Under the pieces are notes generated by a model. The model did not search any database and was not told the DNA's origin. It saw nothing but the letters and a program-made list of their open reading frames with translations. A stretch of DNA of 64,000 bases from Marsupella aquatica (lineage: Eukaryota > Plantae > Marchantiophyta), in assembly GCA_973895155.1 (NCBI GenBank), contig OZ316897.1, positions 20,091,224 through 20,155,223 of the forward strand, given 5' to 3'. This document shows positions 52,001 through 64,000 of the stretch, in pieces (positions within the stretch are counted from its first letter, which is position 1; each line of letters starts with the position of its first letter). Made by a program: the position numbers and the translations under genes.

Positions 52001-54834
52001 TCAAGACCCTCCTTCTAGTCGATACACAAGTAAGTCACTTACGTAGGAGTGTAGACGAGATATTTCAGAGGCGGGAAGATGTTGAAAACCCAGGGTGGGA
52101 AAAACTCCCAATTGCAATGGCCGATGGCATTCATGAAGTCAAAAAACAGCCAGTAAAAGTAAAACATTCCGATGGAGCCACCTCCGAGAGCCCAAGTACC
52201 TAAAAGTGGTATGGCAAACACTGCAGAATACGAGACATGCTCAAGAAACGGATGAACTGTCCCTGCACCACATAGAAGCCAGCCAGGTGATATCAGTCAC
52301 AGGACTACTCTTGAACCAATTTAAAAGTGCAAGAAGAGGAAATGACAACTCCAAATTTGATATCCCTCAAACTTTTATTTATGACGAGATGCTGGTCTAT
52401 CCAAACCATCAGAGTACAAGTGGCCCACTAACCAGAGACGGGCTCGGTGACAAAAGAAGCATGGTGGTGGGAGTGGTAGCGAGTGAACAAGTAATGGTGG
52501 TGCAGCGCACGATGCAGCCAATAGTACGCAAATTCGGTAGGCCCGGCATGAAGAAGCAACATAATGACGATGCCCTTTGAATCCCATAAGGGAAAGTTGT
52601 TAAAACCAGGAAGATAGGCGTGGATAACTGTAGCAAGGATCACGTGGAATAGCAAATAGTCCTCCCTGCACAACGGAAGCGACCCATAATAGTAAGACCA
52701 AAAACGGATCGTTCGAAGGTACTTCACGTCAATGAAAATGAAGGGAGTTCATTTCCGATATAGGAAACACACTGGGTCTTAAATAGAATGACTGGAAGTC
52801 ATCTGCAACGGTCGGTTGACACAGGAATCTCCATCTCATCCAAATCTTAGTAGAGGGAGTCATACCAGGTCTTTTCTCGATCTACTTGCTGGAAATTTAT
52901 AGGTTTTTGTTGAATCTGATATTTCTCGATAACGAAATGGAAGCGAGACAGAGACATCCACAATTGGCCGTGTAGATAGCGCAAGGCTGTGGCCACAAGC
53001 ATGTGAAGGCACCAGTTGTCCCTGTCATAGCCACCGAATACGTTGGCTTGCGTTGCTTTGACGATGAAAGGTACGTACAGAACATACTGCAACCAACATG
53101 GATTACGTTAGATCTCCTGCCGAGTACAAAATAATTCATGACTGCCAGCCCAAACGAGCGTTGATATGAGTATGAAAGGTACGTACAGAACATGCTGCAG
53201 TCAACGCGGGCTATGTACGAACTCATGCTGATTCAGAAATTAATTCATGATTGTCATTCCAGAACGGAAAGGAGCGTATCAATCAACCCATAGGTAAGGC
53301 GTTTTGGATTGTCGTCTAGGCAGAATCGTGACACGTTTTCTCACCAGGCCACCCGAAGGATTCCAAACTCTTGAAAATGAACCGTCAGCCAATTTCGCAG
53401 ATGTTACCAATAAACTTTTCCAACAGAAAAATCGAGCCAGTAAAACGAAACGTCTTCCGAAATTGTACACTGCTGTAACTAAGGGGGTGGCTGGGACCCA
53501 TAAACCTCAGCGTCTTCTAACGCTGCCCCCGGACAGCTTTGATGAAAATACAGAGTCAAGAGGTCGAGCACTGCTTCGACACATTGACGATGATCTGGAG
53601 TTCTGGACAGATGTACATTACTCTCTACTCCATGAATCCGTACACTTCAGGAAACTTTTCGTGCTATATGTTTTATTGGCTGAGGACTAGTCAACTCCAC
53701 TATTCAACGAGACGTGAAATTCTGATATCTTCGAAGGTGACGTCAGATGGCGCCATGGTAATACTGTAGTGAAGTGGGTAGTTCGCCTTGCCAAACCAAT
53801 GGCAGGCAGAAACTCGGAAAATTCCATTTCTGTTGACAATTGCAGGTAATTCACATGAAGTTCAAGTACCACAACCGTGCGAAATTCGTTCTAGTTTCTT
53901 CTTCCTATTATTTAATGTTTGTGCAGACGCAGTAGCGAACACTTCAAAATTTCTCTGTCCGGAACCAAAGCAGACAAAGGCCGATCAAACTCTCCCCAGA
54001 ATACATAATTTCCAAAGGAACAAAAATCAAGAAACGAATTGCAGCCATTTCGATACTAAATTAGAGGATATATAAGGTAACATGGCAGGACTTAATAAGT
54101 CAATTGAAGCTACTTCAAAATTTTCTAAACAGGGCTTTAAATGCAGACATCGACCATCGACTTCAAAGTGCAGAAAAACGAGTTAAAGTGGATGGAATTG
54201 GGGAATCGACGGTGCATTTCACTGGCCGCAGCAGGGGCCATGGCACATACTAGAAGAGACAAGAGACTAGAAGCAAATTTCCCATGTTATCGCAGACTGA
54301 CGCAGAAAAACGAAAGCAGCAACGCCAAAATGGAGTCAACCCGATTCCATTTTCGTGCCATTTTACTCCTGGACCAGGCCACCAGTCCCCGACGGAGACT
54401 ACCAAGCGCATGACCGGCCCAAGTCGTGAAGAAACGGGTGAAGGGGGAAGAGAAACAGACAGAAAAAATAGAGAGAGTGATATTTAATTCCAAACGGGGG
54501 CAAAGGGTATGGCCACGATGGCAGGATGTTGAGAAAATCAAAACAATGTTGCCAATTGAAGCACCTGGGACAACAAGCAGAATGGACACTGGTTTGGGGT
54601 TTATCAGCTCCCGGCCAGTAAGCGAGTCAGTGAACTCCATTCAGTTCAGCATTGCTCATAGACAATCTTCACCACGGAATTCAACATTGCTGCAGCTGTA
54701 CTACTCCATTGCAGGACCCCACAAAAAAATTCACACTCTCCTCCCATACGAATGTCACAGAACCACACACTCACCTTGAAACTCCCGAGCCGCGACCACG
54801 GCCAGTCATACAACGGACCCGGCTGAGACGCCAT
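49048..54834 (-). CDS. CER1/3: CER1/CER3 (ECERIFERUM, WAX2/GL1) family very-long-chain alkane biosynthesis protein, 11 exons, 621 aa
   Basis: Exons 54834-54775, 53086-52866, 52665-52433, 52262-52043, 51888-51767, 51428-51175, 50974-50867, 50610-50404, 50073-49963, 49645-49472, 49203-49048; all GT-AG and phase-compatible (1866 nt). His boxes HRALH, HSHHH, HSLHH; C-terminal Wax2 domain with [17 protein letters not shown] and VHACHAGG. Confidence 0.95.
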
Positions 54835-57800
54835 TACTCCTGACTCTCCACAATCACAGCCCCGTCTTCAAAGCCCACCAAGAAGAGTTCACCCACACTG
54901 CTCCGACCGAGCGAGAATAGGACTCGCGATGCGGCAGAGCTCGCCCAGCTCAGGCATCACCACCGCCGAGCTGGAAATGAGTTCACCATCGCAGGAATTG
55001 TGCGCTCGCCCGCCTTCAATCCGCAAGCTGAAGCATGAAGCAGATGGAGCAGCTGCGGCCATAGAAGAAGAGGAGCTCACTGTAATGGGCCAGCGCGACT
55101 CATCTGCGCACATTGCGACCAGTCGCGATATCGAGACCCAATCGCGAGTTCGTCGGCCGTGGCCCTTTGCACACGTGTGCGCGGTCGCGATTTTCGCGAT
55201 GCGGAAGAGCGAGCGAGCGGTGGCCGCCTTGGGCGAGTTTCTGGCCAAGCGAGGCGTCGCTCTGTCCGCCGTCCGTCTCCATGCAAAATAATATCATCCA
55301 CTGGATCCGAATGCTGGCCCCAAACCGCAATTGGGAGAGAATTTTTGTACTGCCGCCTTCTTTTCTTTGTAAAGCTACTTTTTGAGGGGAAAAAAACGGC
55401 AAGAGAGGATTCTCCCTTTCTTCGTTTTTCTTTTCTTTTTTTGGTTTTTTTGGAGGGGGGCGATTTCACCCTTTCTTCACTTTTTCTTGAGGGGAAAAAA
55501 CTTCAAGAGGAGTGGATATTCCCCTTCTTTTTGATCCCGAATTTTTTACGGGGCATATTTCAACCTTTCTTCACTTTTTCTTTCGTCTTGATTGATTTCA
55601 CTTTTTTAATTTATTTTTGGGGGGAAGGGAATGGAATGGGATGGAGAATCGTCCACCACATTTGACAGAGAGGTCTCTTTTTAGTACATTTGGCAATACA
55701 ATCTACGTAAAGTTTTATGAGGTACACTTTTCCTTTCACCGCACTCTCACAAATAATCTCAATGTAACTTTTTTTAAATATTACTTTTTTCTTCAAAAGT
55801 ATATGCCCCAATTTTTTAAGGAAAGCCAGAATAAGACACAGGTTTCGCCACAGAACTCTGATGGACACAATATAAATATTATTATATCAACCCGTAACAT
55901 CTTGGTATTGGCTGTGTAGCAAAAGCGGTCCTCACCTTGGATATGGAAATAGTGGTGGGTCTTAAAATGTAGGAGCTGAGTTGGAAGTGTGACGAGCATA
56001 ACAAAATTCCAAGGAATGTCGTCAAACGTTTTGCCTTGGTGGCTTGTTCTCGTCCAATGCTTGTTATGTAGATCAACCAATGGATAGATGGGGAGAAAGG
56101 AAAGCTTAATGCAATAGATCATATAAACTGCCCAGATATATATATTCTTGAATTTAAAGCCCAGGTAGTATTAGTGGTTGGTTGGAATGCCTGGATAGGG
56201 AACCCAAACAGAAATCATTGAACATTTAGATATGCTCCAGTAGTCATGTTTACAACTTTTGTGGATTTGGTTTTTTCATTCGTAATCATGTGAAATGTGT
56301 GATTTCATCGGGTTAATTTGTTGTATAAATTTGGATGCCTATCTACTTTACTTTTTGGATTTATAATATCAAGTTTAGTAAGCTAAATTAGAATTTTAGG
56401 GTGGGGTTTCACTCCCTTTCCCCTAAAGAAAGTAAACAAACCAAGTTTGGGGTGGAAGGGGATGTTTAGGGTTTGAGCAGGGATCACTTAGTTTCACCCT
56501 GGCTTTCAAAAGTGAACTAAGCGAACTAAGGGAAATTTCTTTATTTTTCTTTGGTTCTGATTCTAGTTTCATTTCCTTTATCTATAATTTGAAACCATGT
56601 CAAAAGGCTCCCCATGGAATGTGACAGGAAGACTGATAACTTTATATCCAATCATGAGAGTATCTAGCTACAAATAGATGAAAAAGCTGAAAAAATTCTC
56701 TGGTACGCTGTACACCTGCACTTCCACTCATGGTAAGGAGATCTTTTGTACATATATTTGAAATCTCGGTACTTCTGCAATGGCAAATTTTTTGAAGCTC
56801 TTATAGTAACAACAATGACACTCTGAAAAAATAGGATCATGCATATCAGATTCACACAATAGAAAATCTCTGTTAGTACTATAATGGCAAAATATATATT
56901 ACTCAAAGCTTTCATTATAACAAACTCAGTGCTCTCTGAAAAAACACAATTCTGTAACCAGGCTCCTGTAAATTAAAATCTCCAATAACTCCGCAACGAC
57001 AAAATTACTAGAGGTACTCCTTGTAACAAGAGCCGCACTTTTGGACAAATGATTCCACACCAGTGTTCCTTTAAGTTGTAATCATTTTGCAGAATATAAT
57101 TGCCCTAGAATCTTGAGGCAGTGTGTACAGAAACTTCAGTGCCTTTGTGAAATTCAGTTTGTTTTGTTTTTGACCGTTGAGCAAACTATCCTGTAACTAA
57201 TTGAGGAGTGAAGCTCTCACTCTACTTGCAGTTCCATTTACCACTGAGACCTGATAAGGCCCTTAAAGATGTAAATGATATAAATATACCTTAAACTTTA
57301 TCTTTTCTCCTTACTGAACTCTAAGAAAGAAGACCGGCTGGAGGGAAAGTTACAGGGAGAAACAGTACCCTAGAAGTGGCTGGCAAACAGGAAGTTTCCC
57401 AACAATAAAGGGTATTGCGAGCGAGTCACAGAAATAGTTTGAATTTATGGAGAGAGTCAGCAAGGTTGCTAACCTCAAATGTTAGATTTGTTCTGTATTT
57501 GTAGTACCCTAGATGGTCCGCAAGTTTGCTAGCCAAGACAGGAGTCAAAAAATGGCTTTTCTATAAAAGTTAAAACAAATACAAAGGTATTTGAAACCAA
57601 GTTTTGGTTAGTGAGGGATCTACTATGAAAAAGTGTATGGTATGAGACCATCAGTTGGTGCTTCATTTGAAAAACTTTTTACGTCCATTTGGTTGGCAAA
57701 AACTTCTATGCAAATCTTTCCTTTAATTTGCACTGGTCCTGCCACTTTTGTCAAGAAAGAGTCACCAGTCATGCCTTGTAATCCCCAGCAAACCACGCTG

Positions 57801-58298
57801 AATTTGAGATTTTTCAGGTTAGAAAAGAGCTTGGGGTTACACTTGATAACCCATGGCCTCTTTGGGGGCATGGCAATAACCCCTCCAGGCTCACCACCCT
57901 ATGGTGATTAGTGCCTACAAGCCTGAATGCTCATTCTTTGAATGTGAATAGACATATGTGATGACAGAAATCATCATGCATGCTCATCTTTTTTCAGATA
58001 CATCAACTGTGAGTTAAATCTACACCAAGTTTATGTTCCTCCATTTTCCTGGGGCCCCGTACATTGCCTGTCCCAGTCCCCAGTGTTGTTGCCCACTCCA
58101 GCCCAAGTTTGCCAGAGAATAAACCAAGTGACTGTACCATTGTTATTTCCTCCGGTTAGATCAACTTTGAGGTTATGCTCTAGCACCCTACACTTTTTGA
58201 TGCCCGCTCGAGCCCAAGTCCCTGATATTGTTGCCCGTCCCAGACCAAGTTTGACAAAACATAAACCAAGACTATCATTAAGCATGACTTTTATTCAA

Positions 58299-58560
58299 AG
58301 TACTAGGTTTTGCCTGAACATCTACTTAGACTACTCTATTATGAAACAAGCATGACTCCATTGGAAAGAAGTGTTGCCAAAACATAATACATGATTCCAT
58401 AGAGAAGAAATATTTGACAGGACATCAACCAAGACTCCATCAATACTGTTAACCAGAGTACTAGGTTTCCCCTGAACATTTAGACTATGTTACAAAGCAA
58501 ACATGACTATGTTGAAAATAAGTGTTGCCAAAACATAAACCATGACTTCACAAGGAAGAA
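58299..58560 (+). repeat. Tandem duplication (~160-bp period)
   Basis: AGTACTAGGTTT..CCTGAACAT and AAGTGTTGCCAAAACATAA each occur twice. Confidence 0.7.
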
Positions 58561-59714
58561 GTGGATGACCCAAAGTAAATCGGGCCAGAGTGGGTGACAA
58601 AAAATGAAGAGTGCTAAGACATAAATTGGTGGACCCTAAAGGTTAGGCTTGCTCTAGAAGCCTAGACCCCAACTCTGGGTTCAGCCTATCTTGGTATGTG
58701 ATTTATTAGTAGGACGTCATTTATTAGTAAGATAACCCCTCAAGTCCATGGGTTACCCAGCCTGCATATCAAGTTTTTATCTGGATCTACTATACATTAA
58801 TTGGGTATGTGGCACTCGTTGTATTCCGCAGTTCCGCTGCTAGTAACTGGAGTTATGAACCTAGTTTCTGTTTCTGAACCTACACTAGTTGGGTCTCAAG
58901 CACATGTTGTATGCCGGTGTTGATCACTGGAGTTGTGAACGTAGTTTCTACGGACATTGGAGATATTGCTGTCAGGTCTGGACGAAGAAGCTGATTGTGA
59001 AGTGCATCGAAACTGCAGTCTAACGATGATCGTTGACAGGCTGTCTAGAATCCAATAATCGCGGGTACTTGTGACCTTGTGCGGCCAGATGACTCTTACG
59101 TCGACTGACTCCTGGTGTGTTTGAGTTTTCAAAGGAGGAAATTGTGAGCACAGTCCACCAACTCTTAAGAATTCTGACCTCGTTTGTTACAAAAAATTGC
59201 TGATGAACAGATTCGGAACAATAATAAGTCGTGAGATAAGAGTTTCTGCAGAATGTTTCGAGCAGACCCACTAGAAATATAAACACTATAGACCTAAGCA
59301 AGTATTCGGCAATTATGGAGATGCCAACTTGAACTGCCTGACCCTACTGTAGCTACAATGGACAGAGTACATTGCTTGCGGTTCAATCAGACAGACCCAT
59401 GCAGATAGAATCGTGAACAATAAAGCAGATCCAGACCTAGACTGCAATTCCACGTAAAAATTTGAGCTATCCGTGATAGCTCAAACTTTCGTTATTTGTC
59501 TGATAAGCTAGTAACGATGGGAGCAATGCCTTTTCTTCCCCCGAAGAATGAAAACAAACCAATTTCCTCTATGGAATGGCAAAAGTAGGGAACATAAAAT
59601 AACAGACGTGAACTGCCTGAATTGCTTTCAAAATCTTGCATGGTTTTGCTGAGATGACTAGACATGAAAAACGAGTTATGGAACTTGAAGTGACACAACT
59701 CTACATTATTTCAC

Positions 59715-62700
59715 TTAAGGGCCTTCATCTTCACTGTCACTTAGATCAAGAGTGTTCACTCTTTTTCTCTTCCGAGAACTTCTGTCTCCTATTGAGACTA
59801 ATTGTCCGTCAGCTCCACGGTTCTTGACATCATCGTCACTGTCTTCTAAATCTTCAAAGTTGTCGCCTCTCAAGGTGTTCCTCTCTCCTGTTTGTTCGAG
59901 GACTGGGGTTCCTGCATGGCTTGGTGCTGAGCTTGTTAATCTACTACTGAGAACATCGCCCTCGTTGTCTCCTAAACCGTCACTATCCTCTAAGTCAACA
60001 GTGTTTGTTCTTCCCCTGGGAAAATCATTTTCCACTGGGTCCCCACTAGTGCTTCCACCCTGGCCTGGGGCGGGTGCTGCTGACCTTATCAGGCGAGTAA
60101 GAGGGGCATCATCATCATCACTGGCCAACAATTCCACAGATTCAGTCCTTCTTTTCCTTGAACGTCTACCTTCTTCTCTGGCTGTACTCGCAAGTCCTTC
60201 GTGACGCGATGAAGGTCCACTAAACCCACCTTTAAGGGCATTTCCATCCTCCGCTAGCTCCCCACTGGTGGTTCCACCCTGGCCTAAAGCTCGTGCTGAT
60301 CTTCCCAGGCGAATAAGAGGGGCATCATCTTCCTCATCATCACTGTCCAACAATTCCACGGATTCAGTCGTTCTTTCCCTTGAACGTCTACCTTCTGCTG
60401 TACTCGCAAGGCCTCCTTGACCTGATGAAGGCCCACTAAACCCACCTCCAAGGGTATCTTCATCGTCACTGTTCGGTAGGTCGTCCGTATTTATTCGCCT
60501 CTTCATTCCAGGTTTCTTTCCACTTCTATCTACACTCTTGTATCCTTCCTCCCGACAGGACAAGTAATTGACACCAATGGGTAGGTTGTCGTCATCATGT
60601 TCACTATCAGTAAGGTTGGCATGGAAAGAAGAAGGAGCAGTTCTGGGCTTGGGTTTGACCAAACCGAGTGTGCGTAATCTCCGTGACACCTGAGCAGTTG
60701 TGAATTCTCCACCCATATTCTCGGTGATGACTTTGGTGACGTTCTTGCCACTCCCATGCCTGCATACCAGCAAAGAAAAACCTGTATGAAGGACATTCTA
60801 CGCAACAACAACCACTATCTAAGAGTGAGTGGTTGCTCAACCAGGCTCAACGGATTTCTTGATGCAAGACGGACAAGCGGAAATTAGAAATCAATTACTC
60901 TTTGGACCTTTCGAACAGCTCTCTAAGAGCTTCATCGTGAGGTTGGGAGAATAAGCTTGACTTCTTTCTGGCTCCACTGCCATCCGAGGTTCTCCTACTC
61001 TTCTGGTTCCGACTGGGAGACTGGGAACCTAGACTGCTTCCACCCTTCTTGTATTTATCTCCTCCACTCCCAACTTTCTTTTTTGATCTGTTGGTAGAGT
61101 GCTCCACGAGACCTAAGCTTCGCAGCTTTCGCTGAACCTGAGCTGCAGTATACTTCTCGAACGGGTCCAACTCTGACGCAATGAGTTGTGCATACTGCTC
61201 ATCATCCTTGAACCTGAACACCCGAAATCATCATATGGGCAATTCAACTCAGATACGATCAGAACCATAACTATCGCTACTCTTAACTTCATCCACAACA
61301 CAGAAATGGGACCCTAGGTCTTGGCGTCTGCGGAATTCGGCCTCATTACCGTGAACTCTGCAAAGGAACGTAAACGAACTATCACCTGAAGTTTTGCCAC
61401 GGCTTTGAGAAAATAAAATGTGCTCTCACAAACTGCAGGCTAGTGGACCTAAACGTACTTTACGACTATGAACAAGAATCTGTGCCATTCAGATGACGGC
61501 AGAAATAGCCATCGTCGCTGCCAGCTGCCAAACGCCTGCTGAACTAATTCTAAAATTTACACAGCATTAAAGGAGCACTTCAGAAGTTTAGAGTAGAATT
61601 TGAATGTGGACTTCGGCCAAGCTCGAATCATCCTCAGACACCAGAATGTCACGATCGCTTTACCTTCCAAACAATTCCTTGATCTGCACCACATGATCTT
61701 CAGATAACGGAATGACGGCTTCTGCATCTTCATCCTCACTTGATGAGGCAGACCTTCAAAAGTAGCACGGAAAACAATTGTGTTTACTACTTGGAGCCTC
61801 TTCAGTCTCGTACCACTGTAACCAAGACTCTCCCAGTAGAAATCGTTGCTTTGAGTTCCAATTGAACTCATTCAGTTTGTTTCCTTAAGGCATGCTTCAG
61901 AGAGAATTCCATTCTGAGTGCATAACATCTCCTACCTAATATGATCCAATGTGCACAGTACGTCCAGCCGTAACCTTTCAAATGAAAAACAGAGCGACGT
62001 CAGTGAAAGACTGGCAAACTCTAAATTCAACTTACTCGTCATTATCACTGTGCCGGTTTGTCGGTGCGTCTTCTTCATCGTCACCCAAAGCATCTGCAAT
62101 GTTAATTTTTTTCCTGTTTTGAGAGGACCCACCTGCCTCTTTCCGCATGGAGTGTATCATATAATCAGCAGTAATGTGGTGACATTCTGACCGTGTCTTC
62201 CAGAACAGAATGTCTACAAACAAAATTGGGTGCGCCTCCAGCTTCTTGAAGAGCCGGCGTACCACTTTGCTGACAAAACCAATGACATATCTGTGATCCT
62301 GTGCTGATTGCAGCTGCTCATTGGAGAGAATACCGTAGAATGTCTGGAGAATCGAGATCTGCAGAGGCAACATGCTTGTTTTACGTCATGTGTACTATTA
62401 TCCCGCACAATAAGTTATAGTTTGACTATTTTGATACTATGGCTTAATTGCCTCGAAAAAATATCGAAACAACAATATGACTGTTTATACAATTTTGTGC
62501 TACAGATAAAATCAAGTTTTCCACTAGCAGTGTGTACGTATAATAAGAAACAATCTACAGGCTGAGAAATAATTTCAATACCTTCCTCGGCTCCTGAGGA
62601 AAAACTTTGAATGATAATCATCAGCAGAAACCGACCAAAAACGTACTATGAATAAAGGGGCTGATTAGTAGTTGGGACCTGATACAGCATGGGCTCGAGA

Positions 62701-63869
62701 TGGCAGTCTTCACAGATGCGTTGCAGCATGCGCACAATGTAGTGGTTGGTTGCAGCCCTGTTGGTTGAGTGGAACTTCAAAAGCCAACAGTAGTTTTTAA
62801 CAACGAAGTTGTTTGCAAACTTATCCACAACTTTTCGGATGTTTAAGGTCACCTCCTTCGTCCTATTCTGCTTCCCGCCATCTGAATCATCACCGTCGTC
62901 ATCAGCAGCTGCAGCAGCAGCATCGACTGGAGTATGAATTGTTTCATCTTCTTCGTCCTGCTGCTGAGAGCCAGCGGCACTTTTTATTGGCAGATCCATC
63001 TCAGACTGGTCACCCGTATGTTCATCACTGTCTGCCACATATTCTGCGATTCCTTCCTCAGCTAACCTCTCTGGCTCTACATTTGAATGTTGAGATATTA
63101 TATCAGCGCGCTTGGGGGAATGGGGAATATCTGCGTCACTTTTCGAGGCTTGCTCATCTGCTTTAGCCTCCGTGGCATCCTCTTCTGCTCCTTCGGGTTG
63201 GGATTGTTCAGAGGGCTTTGGTTTCTTTTTCCAACCTCCTCTTACTTTGGTCAAAACCTAAAAAGAAAATCACAGCTCAATTCATCTAATAGTCATCATA
63301 AGGTCAGCTGATGATATATTTGTGGAAAATTCTAACGAAAATAAATCTAGGGGCACTTTAATGCAGAACAGCCCAAAGAAGTGGCGCAAAAATCAGCCAA
63401 GATTAATACTAGAATAGATTAGAGAATTGCTCTGAAGAGTGGCTTACCCGAAGAGACTCCCCGGACTTGGCGAAACTATCAAGGATGCGGAGGACGATGT
63501 GCGTGATCTCCACTAGATCGGCCAAGTGACTGCAATCAGTCATCACCAGCTCATAATTTGCTTCTCTGAAAACAACTCTACCTCATATGGGACTCGAAGC
63601 TTAAGTCTGTCCATGAGCTAAGTGTCTTTAACAAGACGGTCGTGCCCTCGCTTTTGGATCACAAACCAGACTTAAAGTTCAGGACTATACCTCCGGGGGT
63701 GCTTGGAGGTGTCAAACGACCTGATCAGCGAATTCAGGAAGTCGAGAACGTCAAAGTCAGACTGGTTGTAGAAAATTTGATATAGTAGGGTGCGTGCCGT
63801 GCGACGTTCCTGCTGCCCTTCTCTTGTGAGACTGCCCGACCTTTTAAGGACAAGATCCAGCATTTTTAT
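59715..63869 (-). CDS. TIMELESS: TIMELESS/Tof1 homolog, 3' part (5' exons lie beyond the window end)
   Basis: Exons 63869-63691, 63529-63448, 63257-62679, 62358-62036, 61753-61664, 61213-60908, 60759-59715. Motifs MLDLVLK...LLYQIFYNQSD...IRSFDT, CWLLKF...TNHYIVRMLQRICED..LEPMLYQ, PILFVDILFWKTR and FKDD...IASELD...QVQRKLRSLGL match plant TIMELESS. Confidence 0.9.
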
Positions 63870-64000
63870 CTGCGTAGTTGCTCCGTCATCAGAATCACAT
63901 TAATGAACATTGAGACGACCTTAGCTGTAACTGAAAGCCTCCTCAGCACACGTTGAGTTCCTTAGTTGTCTCATGAACCTTACGATCACTAATCGTAGAA

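Noticed and set aside
54889-55665. Several 100-170 aa overlapping ORFs upstream of CER1/3
   Set aside because: GC-rich 5' leader and promoter followed by low-complexity T-rich DNA; no domain or splice support.

Overview
Eukaryotic nuclear DNA from a land plant, probably a bryophyte (inferred from the bryophyte-type CHS sequence, PLS-class PPR relic and GT-AG intron style). Intact genes: two convergent chalcone-synthase-type (type III PKS) genes inside a ~16.6 kb degenerate inverted duplication (about 3.5-20.2 kb), which also holds a third, decayed CHS 3' fragment; a gene whose best splice model joins a SUVH4/KYP-like SRA-YDG domain to a C-terminal chromodomain with no SET domain (40.0-42.5 kb); an 11-exon CER1/CER3-family wax gene with a CER1-like N-terminal half and a CER3-like C-terminal half (49.0-54.8 kb); and the 3' part of a TIMELESS/Tof1 homolog (59.7 kb to window end). 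Intergenic DNA carries a decayed PIF/Harbinger(Pong) transposon, MITE-like and Helitron remnants, a PLS-PPR pseudogene, a short plastid 23S rRNA fragment and several tandem repeats. The most unusual item is the SRA+chromodomain 'dual heterochromatin reader' with a tandem-repeat promoter. All calls are by eye; no database searches were run.
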